Source: Pseudomonadota bacterium (lineage in GTDB: Bacteria > Bdellovibrionota > Bdellovibrionia > Bdellovibrionales > SG-bin7). From it: a stretch of 11,752 nt of DNA. Shown here one piece after another: positions 1 through 7,780 of this stretch. The number at the start of each line of letters is the position of its first letter. Positions within the stretch are counted from its first letter, which is position 1. The stretch lies in NCBI GenBank assembly GCA_034439715.1, contig JAWXAY010000051.1:1-11752 (forward strand), written 5' to 3'. The notes below the pieces were generated by a model, which was given only the letters and a program-made list of their open reading frames with translations, ran no database searches and had not been told where the DNA came from. Made by a program: the position numbers and the translations under genes.

Positions 1-197
1 GCTAAACCATCAAAAATAAAATACTGGTAACGGGGGCTGAAATAGGTGCTGCTACCAGAATAAGTAGAATAACCGAGCGAAAGGCTGGCATTGACGAGCG
101 AATTCCCCGCCTTGATGCGCTCTTCCCACATTGAATTGGCGCGCGCTAAATTAGAAATAAAAAAAAACAAGAGGATGATGAAGATCTTCTGCGCCAT
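1..197 (-). CDS. Probable outer-membrane beta-barrel protein, N-terminal part (runs off the window's left edge)
   Basis: Not in the ORF track; translated by hand. The ATG at 197-195 overlaps the amidohydrolase stop (TAATG) and the frame stays open to position 1: MAQKIFIILLFFFISNLARA|NSMWEERIKAGNSLVNASLSLGYSTYSGSSTYFSPRYQYFIFDGL. It has a Sec signal with an A-R-A site, followed by alternating beta-strand-like segments. Confidence 0.7.
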   Translation of the reverse strand, partial: MAQKIFIILLFFFISNLARANSMWEERIKAGNSLVNASLSLGYSTYSGSSTYFSPRYQYFIFDGL

Positions 198-1090
198 TAA
201 TGAATCTCTTTATTTAAACCGAGCTCGCGATCGAGCCGAAATACTTTGACTGCATTTTCGTAGAATACCTGACGCCAGTATTGTTTTGGAATCGCTTTTT
301 TGTAAACTTCTAAATAAGATTTGATATTTACCAGCGGCCAATCTGATCCAAACATAAACTTTGAAGGGTCTTCAACGTAACCAAAAGCCCAGCTTAGCGG
401 TTGCACGACATATCGATCCAAATCTTCAGCGCTAACTCGAGACAAATCTCCAATCATAAGAGCTGAGGCCTCGACATAGACGTTCGGGTTTTTAAAAACT
501 ACTTCGGCCGCACTTTGAATCCACGGATTGCCCAAGTGTGCAATAACAAAAGTAACATTGGGATGATCTACGGCCACTTCATCAATAGTTAGAGGATCTG
601 AGTATTTGAGTTTGGCTTTTGAGCTGTAGGTGTCACCGGTGTGAAAAACCACTGGCACATCGTATTTTTCTGCCAACTGGTAGGCAGGCTCGTAGGCCAC
701 ATCATAAGCAAACTGGTGAACGTAACCCAAGTATATTTTTATACATGAGAACTTTTTGCTTTTTAAGCGCTCTTCTAATTTTTCGGCATCTACTTTGGCC
801 TCTAGGCCAGCACATTGAATAACTTTTAGGGGCTTCAAATCATCAACAATGTCAGTCGTTCGGCCCACATGGGAAATTGCGGCCACAAGACCGGATTCTT
901 TGAATTCACGTAAGTACTCTTCTTTGGTAGCCTTAATGCCGCTCGTAGGATCCACTTCGTCATCAAAACTCGCGTGGGTATGGGTATCAACAACAGGAAT
1001 GTCAAAGGGCTCTTCGCCTGTTTGGCCGTACCATCCCCCCAGCCCAAGGCCTACGAGAATGAAAACACCAGAAAAGACAAATTTTTTCAT
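197..1090 (-). CDS. Amidohydrolase_2-type TIM-barrel metal-dependent hydrolase with N-terminal signal/anchor
   Basis: 297 aa. Metal-ligand motifs DTHTH (H37, H39), IKIY (K118), FHTG (H150), AHLG (H185) and FGSDWP (D250), plus the C-terminal ENAVKVF. N-terminus is MKK followed by a hydrophobic stretch. Confidence 0.88.
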   Translation of the reverse strand: MKKFVFSGVFILVGLGLGGWYGQTGEEPFDIPVVDTHTHASFDDEVDPTSGIKATKEEYLREFKESGLVAAISHVGRTTDIVDDLKPLKVIQCAGLEAKVDAEKLEERLKSKKFSCIKIYLGYVHQFAYDVAYEPAYQLAEKYDVPVVFHTGDTYSSKAKLKYSDPLTIDEVAVDHPNVTFVIAHLGNPWIQSAAEVVFKNPNVYVEASALMIGDLSRVSAEDLDRYVVQPLSWAFGYVEDPSKFMFGSDWPLVNIKSYLEVYKKAIPKQYWRQVFYENAVKVFRLDRELGLNKEIH

Positions 1091-1899
1091 AAACCCTCTT
1101 TAAACTTTTCAAGAAGTAGTTCGTCCTGGTCTTCATATCCCTTCGGTGAATAGATAGTAAATCGAATTCCCTCTTTTTTAAACTTTTGCGTCAAATCTTT
1201 TACATGAAGCCCACCAATAACCACCACTGGATTATCTTTTAAGGTCTTTTTAACGAGAGCTAAGACCAAGTTGTTTCTCTCGGCCAGAGAATCTTCAATA
1301 TTTTTAATGCTTTCGAGCACCTTGCCCCGCTCAAACTCTATGGCATCCACTTTACCCAATTTGTCTTTTGGAATTGCCGCCGCTTCGTACGCTTTGTAGT
1401 TCTTATCGTCCTTCTTAGCCTTAAATTCTTTAAGCCGCAGATAGAAACCCGATGCTCCCCTAAGGTCAGAAAAAGCGAGTAAGCTTTTTTTTATTAGCTC
1501 TTTGGTATCACTACATATAGCGCGAACTTTGTCGTCAAACTTGACTATCATTTTTACTGGCATAAAAGCTAAAATATCTCGAAAGTCCTTAGTATCTTTG
1601 TGTCGACTTAAAGATTCATAGCTCCATCCGTAATGCTCTGGTGAGGTGGTCTTAGTTACTTCGCCTTCACAGCCCTCTTGAATAAGCGTTAGCTTTTCGC
1701 GACTATTTACTAGCTCAGTGAGTTTGTAGTAAATGTCTAATTGGTTAGTAAACTGCGGCCGCAATTTACTGGCGGCAATATCTGTGGTTTTTTCGCCTGG
1801 GCTTAAATGCCACTGTTTTATAAGAATTACCTCTTCACCCTTTAAGCTAAAAGTGAAGAGTAAAATAAAAATAATTAAAAAATATTTACTATTTAACAT
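1087..1899 (-). CDS. Secreted hypothetical protein, probable TIKI/TraB/EreA/ChaN-superfamily fold
   Basis: 270 aa with a signal peptide (MLNSKYFLIIFILLFTFSLKG). Motifs VILIKQWH, LIQEG, ERN and VVVIGGLH. Overlaps both neighbours (11 bp and ATGA). The CDS is secure; the family is inferred. Confidence 0.65.
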   Translation of the reverse strand: MLNSKYFLIIFILLFTFSLKGEEVILIKQWHLSPGEKTTDIAASKLRPQFTNQLDIYYKLTELVNSREKLTLIQEGCEGEVTKTTSPEHYGWSYESLSRHKDTKDFRDILAFMPVKMIVKFDDKVRAICSDTKELIKKSLLAFSDLRGASGFYLRLKEFKAKKDDKNYKAYEAAAIPKDKLGKVDAIEFERGKVLESIKNIEDSLAERNNLVLALVKKTLKDNPVVVIGGLHVKDLTQKFKKEGIRFTIYSPKGYEDQDELLLEKFKEGL

Positions 1900-2326
1900 C
1901 GACAGTTATCGTTTTGCTCCAGCTCTCACCATAAGAACTGTGAGCGCCGTCGGCAAATTGCAAGGTGAGCGTATGCTTGCCCGGGGCAAGTGTTAACTCA
2001 GTCTCACTTTGCCCTTGGCCAAAATGAATATTTTTTTCGTCTTTGGCTACCACGGTACCTTTAGCTACCGGTGCCCCATCAATAATTAAATGATGATGTC
2101 CTGTGCCTTCGGTCATGTCGCTCGCCGGGCGAATTTTCATGCCGTTTATGCCAAACCTTACTGTAAATTTAGATTTAACACTTTCGCCATCATTAGGAGC
2201 GATAAAGTAAGCCCCTTTTTCGGAGTGAGAGCAGGATCCACCTTCTTTGTGGTGGTCGCCGTGATGGTTCGTGCTGTGACAAGCTGAAAAAAATAATGCA
2301 GAAAAAACCACTAAAAGATATTTCAT
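1889..2326 (-). CDS. DUF4399-like lipoprotein with His-rich N-terminus
   Basis: Start moved from TTG 2380 to ATG 2326, which follows GGAGG (2335-2331); 145 aa. Lipobox FSA|C16. Motifs YFIAPNDG, TGHHHLIID, IHFGQGQSE and LAPGKHTLTLQFADGAH match DUF4399 proteins as I recall them. Confidence 0.82.
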   Translation of the reverse strand: MKYLLVVFSALFFSACHSTNHHGDHHKEGGSCSHSEKGAYFIAPNDGESVKSKFTVRFGINGMKIRPASDMTEGTGHHHLIIDGAPVAKGTVVAKDEKNIHFGQGQSETELTLAPGKHTLTLQFADGAHSSYGESWSKTITVDVK

Positions 2327-2330
2327 AAAA

Positions 2331-2335
2331 CCTCC
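2331..2335 (-). promoter_or_regulatory. Shine-Dalgarno site of the DUF4399-like gene
   Basis: GGAGG, then TTTT, then ATG (2326). Confidence 0.75.
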
Positions 2336-2376
2336 GTATTGATGAGTGCTAATTCTGTAATTGAGAGCAGCCAAAA

Positions 2377-3783
2377 TCAAGCGTTAAGTGTACGCTCATG
2401 GCAGGCGAGCGCTGCTTCTTTGACGGCTTCTGATAGAGTGGGATGCCCATGCATAGTTAATGCTAAGTCCTCAGCTGTAGCGGCAAACTCCATTGCGACG
2501 CATAACTCATGAATCATCTCTGACGCATTGGGGGCAATGATATGAGCGCCCAGTATTTCATCAGTATTTTTATCTACTAAGATTTTAACTAAGCCTTCAG
2601 TTTCTCCAACAGATATTGCTCTGCCATTAGCCAATAGCGGAAACTGCCCAGTTTTATAAGGAATATTTTCTTTCTTGAGTTGCTCCTCGGTTTTACCAAC
2701 AGTCGCCACTTCAGGGTGGGTGTAGAGAATTCCCGGCACAAGGTTGTAGTTTATTTTAGATTTTTCTCCATTAATAATTTCGGCGCAAGCAACACCTTCT
2801 TCTTCAGCTTTATGGGCAAGCATTAGGCCACCTATAACATCCCCAATGGCATAAATTCCTGAAACTTTTGTACGATAGTTTTCGTCAACATCAATAAAAC
2901 CTCTGACATTGGGTTTTAGTCCCACGCTTTCTAAACCTAAATTTTCAGTCATGGGTTTTCTGCCCACACTCATAAGAACCTTTTCAAATTCAACAGTTTC
3001 ACTCTTGCCATTTTTATCTTCAAGGACAACCGCAACCATTTTATCCTTTTTTGTCACTGCCTTTACTGCCGTATTGAGGCGAAACTTTAAACCTTGGCCT
3101 TGCAATATTCTCAATAATCGAGTGGAGATGGTGCCGTCCATACTGGGAACAATCCTATCCATAAACTCGACAACTGTGACATCACTTCCAAGCCTTGACC
3201 ACACTGAACCCATCTCCAAACCAATGTAACCGGCGCCAACGACCAACAACGATTTTGGCACTGTGGCAAACGTTAAGGCACCTGTTGAGGAAACGATGGA
3301 TTGATCATCGATGGTGATGCCCGGGAGGCTAGATGGCACGCTTCCCGTTGCTATGACAATATTTTTAGTTTTGATAACCTCACTGGTGTTATCTGGTTTT
3401 CTAACTGAAACCTGTGTGCCTGAATTAATGGTGCCCCAACCTTGGATACCGACTATTTTATTTTTTTTAAAAAGTCCGGCCACACCTTGAGTGAGTTTTT
3501 TAACCACGGCATCTTTTCGAGCTAACATTTTTTGTAGCTGGAGCTCAACCCCTTGAAATACCACACCATGATTAACCATTTCATGTTTCATTTTAAAAAA
3601 CAAATGGCTCGATTCTAAGAGTGCCTTGCTGGGTATGCAGCCTATGTTGAGACAAGTGCCGCCAAAGGTGGGATCTTTTTCTACACAAGCTACTTTCATT
3701 CCTAATTGAGCAGCGCGAATGGCACCAATATAGCCGCCAGGACCTGAACCCAAAAAAACAATGTCAAAGTCGAGCTCAGCCAT
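2377..3783 (-). CDS. lpdA: Dihydrolipoamide dehydrogenase (E3)
   Basis: 468 aa. FAD motif GSGPGG, redox disulfide GGTCLNIGCIPSK, NAD motif GAGYIGLE, AIGDV, MLAHKAEEEG and HPTLSE. Confidence 0.97.
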   Translation of the reverse strand: MAELDFDIVFLGSGPGGYIGAIRAAQLGMKVACVEKDPTFGGTCLNIGCIPSKALLESSHLFFKMKHEMVNHGVVFQGVELQLQKMLARKDAVVKKLTQGVAGLFKKNKIVGIQGWGTINSGTQVSVRKPDNTSEVIKTKNIVIATGSVPSSLPGITIDDQSIVSSTGALTFATVPKSLLVVGAGYIGLEMGSVWSRLGSDVTVVEFMDRIVPSMDGTISTRLLRILQGQGLKFRLNTAVKAVTKKDKMVAVVLEDKNGKSETVEFEKVLMSVGRKPMTENLGLESVGLKPNVRGFIDVDENYRTKVSGIYAIGDVIGGLMLAHKAEEEGVACAEIINGEKSKINYNLVPGILYTHPEVATVGKTEEQLKKENIPYKTGQFPLLANGRAISVGETEGLVKILVDKNTDEILGAHIIAPNASEMIHELCVAMEFAATAEDLALTMHGHPTLSEAVKEAALACHERTLNA

Positions 3784-3785
3784 TT

Positions 3786-4934
3786 TTACGAAACATCCTT
3801 TTCTGTCAGAAGGGTCTCGAGGTATTCTTTTATTTTGACCAAAAATGTGACTGAGTCTTTTCCGTCGACGAGGCGATGATCATAACTCAAAGCCACATAC
3901 ATCATTGGCCGCACCTCAATTTTAAATCCACCCCCTTCAAGTGGAATTGCCATTGGGCGGTTCTCTGTTTTGTGCAGTCCCAATATTCCGCTTTGGGGAG
4001 GATTCAAAATAGGTGTGGATAATAGTGATCCAAAAACACCACCATTAGTAATGGTAAATGTGCCACCCATCATCTCATCAATCCCGAGTTTACCAGTCCG
4101 CGCTTTGTCCGCAAGCCGGGCTATTTCTTTTTCGATCTGACTAAAACCCATTTTTTGTGCGTTTCGTACGACAGGCACCACAAGTCCTCGTTCTGTGCTA
4201 ACCGCGATACCCATGTGCACGCCCTTGTTGTAAACCACTTCATCGCCATCAACAAACCCATTCACGATTGGTACCTGAGAAATGGCGTAACAGGTCGCTT
4301 TGCTAAAAAACGACATGAAACCAAGCTTGATACCGTTTTTCTTTTCGAATTCTTCTTTTAATTTTCCGCGGATATCAAGCGTCCGAGTCATGTCAACTTC
4401 GTTAAAGGTAGTTAGAGTCGCGGTGCTTTGCTGAGAATAAATTAGACGCTCAGCTATTTTTTTACGAATGGCACTCATGGGTTTTCGTTCCTGCTCGCCC
4501 GTAAAATCAAGTGTTGGCGAGGGGCCTGTTGGCCCAGAAGGAATTGACATTTTGCCTTCGCGAATCGCTTTACGTTTTGCGGGGCCAAATCCTTTCAATT
4601 GAGTCTCGCTGACCATACTCATACCACCAACAATAGAAACTGCCGGAGCTGGTGGCGGGATGGGTTTTACTGTTGATGTGAGTGTTGGGGGTGAAGCCGA
4701 GTTGTCCATAAAACCAACACTGGCTCCAATAGCCACAGTTTCGCCCTGTTTTACTTCTATCGTCAGCCGCCCACTGTCAGGTGCGACCACTTCGACCGTA
4801 GCTTTATCAGTCTCGATTTCAAACAGTGGTACATTTTTATCGACCCAATCGCCTGTTTTAAATGAAACCTTGCCAATATTGGCTTCCACGATACTTTCGC
4901 CCACGCTGGGAATTATTATTTTTGTTTGCCCCAT
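3786..4934 (-). CDS. sucB: Dihydrolipoamide succinyltransferase (E2o)
   Basis: 382 aa. One lipoyl domain (VGESI...IETDK44A), a Pro-rich linker, [41 protein letters not shown] and catalytic YDHRLVDG. Coupled to sucA by TAATG. Confidence 0.96.
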   Translation of the reverse strand: MGQTKIIIPSVGESIVEANIGKVSFKTGDWVDKNVPLFEIETDKATVEVVAPDSGRLTIEVKQGETVAIGASVGFMDNSASPPTLTSTVKPIPPPAPAVSIVGGMSMVSETQLKGFGPAKRKAIREGKMSIPSGPTGPSPTLDFTGEQERKPMSAIRKKIAERLIYSQQSTATLTTFNEVDMTRTLDIRGKLKEEFEKKNGIKLGFMSFFSKATCYAISQVPIVNGFVDGDEVVYNKGVHMGIAVSTERGLVVPVVRNAQKMGFSQIEKEIARLADKARTGKLGIDEMMGGTFTITNGGVFGSLLSTPILNPPQSGILGLHKTENRPMAIPLEGGGFKIEVRPMMYVALSYDHRLVDGKDSVTFLVKIKEYLETLLTEKDVS

Positions 4935-7726
4935 TATAAACTCCTAAATGCTTCTTCTAAAAGTTGCTCTAGTTCTTTTTTATGACTGTTGCTGGAACCT
5001 GTGGCCACACTCGCCGATGACTTTCTGCCAACGTATTTAAAATTGAATCCTAGGTCATCGGTCGCCAGCTTAAAGTAAGACCAAGCGCCCATATTTTTTG
5101 GTTCTTCTTGAACCCAAACCCACTCTTTTACATTTTTGTATTTATCTTTTAATTCTAAAAATCCCTTTTGATCCAGCGGATAGAGTTGCTCCAACCTGAC
5201 AATCGTCACTTTGCCCTGAAGACCCTTCTCGTGCATACGCTTTTGCAGATCCCAAAATACTTTACCCGAGCAAAAAAAGACTCGAGTCGTGTTCGAGGGG
5301 TGTGATTCATCCTTTAGTATTGTCTTGAAACCACCCTTTAAAAAATCACTTTTAGGTGTCATTACCTCAGGCATTCTCAGGGGGCTCTTGGGGGTCATCA
5401 CAATCAGGGGTTTTCGAAACGGTCTAATAACTTGCCGGCGCAAAAGATGAAACATTTGACTCGACGTCGTGGGATAACACACATAAAAATTGTCATCACC
5501 GGCTAACTGCAAAAATCTCTCTAGGCGAGCACTGGAATGCTCGGGCCCCTGCCCCTCATACCCATGGGGCAACAATAACACCAACCCGCTCATTCTCCTC
5601 CACTTACTTTCTGAAGAAGAAATAAACTGATCTATAATAATCTGGGCACCATTTCCAAAATCACCAAACTGGGCTTCCCATATAGTCAGCGCGTTGGGTT
5701 CGGCCAAGCTATACCCATACTCGAATCCCATTACGGCGTACTCAGAAAGCGGACTGTTATAAATGGCAAGGTGACTGCCATTAGATTCTAGTTTTTTAAG
5801 TGGAATAATCTTTTTGGAATTTCGGCTATCAGTGATTTCAGCGTGGCGGTGACTAAAAGTGCCCCGGCGCACATCTTGGCCAGTAAATCGGACCGTGTAG
5901 CCTTCTAACAATAATGAGCCCATCGCCAATTGTTCAGCCATGGCCCAGTCGAGTAATCCGTCTTGTTTAAATTTTTCTAAGCGACCCTCAAGCATCTTTT
6001 TGAATTTAGGTAATGGCTCAATGTCTTTGGGAATTTCATGAATAGTCTCAATGATTTTTTCAAAATCAGTGGCCTTTATCGAGGTATCCAAAAATTCACA
6101 CATTTCTCCCGGCTTGGCGACTCGGTATTTGGACCATCTCGATTTCATCGTGTTAATATTTTGTGGCTTCTTGTCTTGTTTGACTGATTCCAGTTTTTGT
6201 TCCAGTTCATCATTATAGGCTTTCTTCCGCTCCTCGATATACTCGCGAGAAAACTCATTTCGGCGAACCAAAATCTCAGAAAATTTATCTAAAGTACTTT
6301 TTTGCTTACCAATCTGCGCATACATCACGGGTTGCGTGAATCGCGGCTCATCGCCCTCGTTATGCCCGTATTTTCGGTAACAATAAATATCTACAAAGAC
6401 GTCGCGCTTAAATTTACTGCGAAATTCTGCAGCAATAGAAACAACATGCATCACGGATTCAACGCTATCGCCATTAACATGAAAAACTGGCGCCTGAACT
6501 GCTTTGGCAAAATCTGTACAGTAGGCCGTCGAGCGAGCGTCTTCAGGTGACGTGGTAAATCCAATTTGATTATTGATAACTAAATGAATTGTTCCACCAG
6601 TTGCATATCCTTCAAGGTTAGCCATGTTTAAGGATTCAGTCACAACACCTTGAGCGATAACGGCGGCGTCCCCGTGAATTAAAATAGGCAAAACCTGTTC
6701 TGACTTTGGGTACAAATGATCAAGCTTTGCTCGCGCGACACCGAGTAAAACGGGACCGATGGCTTCGAGATGGCTGGGGTTAAAACAAAGGCTAAAATGG
6801 ATTTGACTCCCATTAACGTCGGCATTGTTAGAATATCCCAAATGATATTTTACATCACCACTACCACCAAAATCGGTGGCAAAAGGGGCGCCCTCAAATT
6901 CACTAAATATTTCTTCAGGAGATTTTTTTAAAACGTTCGCCAAAACATTGAGCCTTCCGCGATGGGCCATCCCAAAGATAACCTCTTTGGCTCCCTCAGC
7001 GGCAGCAATTCTTACGATGCGCTTCATGGCCGGAATTATGGACTCACCACCTTCAAGCGAAAATCGTTTTTGCCCCGTAAAGCTTTTTTGCAAAAAACTT
7101 TCAAATAAGGTGGCGTGAATGAGGTCTTCTAATACGACTTTATTTTCTTCGACCTTAAAAAGCGTACGATTTCCTGTGGGTTCCATTTTGTTTTCAAGCC
7201 AGGACACCAAACCATCATCAGAAATATGCTTGTACTCAACACCAATATCTCGGCAGTAAATTTCTCTTAAGCGTTGTACAATGTCCGGTAAAGTGGATGG
7301 TGGCAGGCCAATAATTTTAGCCGCTTGATATTTTTCTGAAGAAGAAATTCTTTCGAGCCCAAACTTTCCGAGTTCTAAATGTTTTGGAAAAATGGGAGGA
7401 AACTCTGACAGCGGATTCAAATGGGCCGCCAGATGTCCACGTTGTCGATAGGCCTCAATGAGATTGAGAATTCGGAGTTCGGTATCAATACCGGCCGCTA
7501 CTCCGGTTTCTGAGAAATGGCCGTTGCCGCCCTTGCCATTGCCGTTAGTGGTACCCAGTCCTTCAAGGTACTCGTGAGCCAATTGCTCGCCAACTTCTAC
7601 ACCATCAAAAAAAAGTCGCCATGTTAGAGGCAAGCTTTCAGGATTCTGAAAATAGGTTGACCTTAAGTTTTCTAAATACTCAGGAGAAACAAATGATAGG
7701 TAAGAAAAACTGTCTGATTGGTTCAT
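4934..7726 (-). CDS. sucA: 2-oxoglutarate dehydrogenase E1 component
   Basis: 930 aa. [32 protein letters not shown], ThDP motif HGDAA...[38 protein letters not shown] and [10 protein letters not shown]. Confidence 0.97.
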   Translation of the reverse strand: MNQSDSFSYLSFVSPEYLENLRSTYFQNPESLPLTWRLFFDGVEVGEQLAHEYLEGLGTTNGNGKGGNGHFSETGVAAGIDTELRILNLIEAYRQRGHLAAHLNPLSEFPPIFPKHLELGKFGLERISSSEKYQAAKIIGLPPSTLPDIVQRLREIYCRDIGVEYKHISDDGLVSWLENKMEPTGNRTLFKVEENKVVLEDLIHATLFESFLQKSFTGQKRFSLEGGESIIPAMKRIVRIAAAEGAKEVIFGMAHRGRLNVLANVLKKSPEEIFSEFEGAPFATDFGGSGDVKYHLGYSNNADVNGSQIHFSLCFNPSHLEAIGPVLLGVARAKLDHLYPKSEQVLPILIHGDAAVIAQGVVTESLNMANLEGYATGGTIHLVINNQIGFTTSPEDARSTAYCTDFAKAVQAPVFHVNGDSVESVMHVVSIAAEFRSKFKRDVFVDIYCYRKYGHNEGDEPRFTQPVMYAQIGKQKSTLDKFSEILVRRNEFSREYIEERKKAYNDELEQKLESVKQDKKPQNINTMKSRWSKYRVAKPGEMCEFLDTSIKATDFEKIIETIHEIPKDIEPLPKFKKMLEGRLEKFKQDGLLDWAMAEQLAMGSLLLEGYTVRFTGQDVRRGTFSHRHAEITDSRNSKKIIPLKKLESNGSHLAIYNSPLSEYAVMGFEYGYSLAEPNALTIWEAQFGDFGNGAQIIIDQFISSSESKWRRMSGLVLLLPHGYEGQGPEHSSARLERFLQLAGDDNFYVCYPTTSSQMFHLLRRQVIRPFRKPLIVMTPKSPLRMPEVMTPKSDFLKGGFKTILKDESHPSNTTRVFFCSGKVFWDLQKRMHEKGLQGKVTIVRLEQLYPLDQKGFLELKDKYKNVKEWVWVQEEPKNMGAWSYFKLATDDLGFNFKYVGRKSSASVATGSSNSHKKELEQLLEEAFRSL

Positions 7727-7731
7727 AGCTA

Positions 7732-7763
7732 AGCTCTTTAAAAGAATAGCATTTTAAAGAGCT
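7732..7763. repeat. Perfect 12-bp inverted repeat upstream of sucA
   Basis: AGCTCTTTAAAA (7732-7743), 8-bp spacer, TTTTAAAGAGCT (7752-7763). Confidence 0.9.
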
Positions 7764-7772
7764 AACCGACAA
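7743..7772 (-). promoter_or_regulatory. Putative sigma70-type promoter for sucA-sucB-lpdA
   Basis: Minus strand TTGTCG (7772-7767), 18-bp spacer, TATTCT (7748-7743) preceded by TGn (extended -10). An alternative is TTGTTC-N16-TAAAAT (7778-7751). Confidence 0.45.
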
Positions 7773-7780
7773 GAACAACT

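Noticed and set aside
159..167. A9 tract in the signal-peptide region of the barrel gene as a phase-variation switch
   Set aside because: It is in frame and encodes FFF. Runs of 7-8 A/T also occur in housekeeping genes here (e.g. lpdA, pntB), so it is not distinctive.
2327..2380. TTG start at 2380 for the DUF4399-like gene, and a terminator after lpdA
   Set aside because: ATG 2326 has GGAGG and gives a proper lipoprotein signal. The gap has only a weak bulged stem with no U tract.
7515..7555. GNG-type repeats in sucA ([12 protein letters not shown])
   Set aside because: Low-complexity flexible linker in the variable N-terminal region, not a DNA repeat element.
7732..7763. Inverted repeat as a Rho-independent terminator or MITE
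   Set aside because: AT-rich stem, no following U run, single copy and no target-site duplication. Kept as a regulatory candidate instead.
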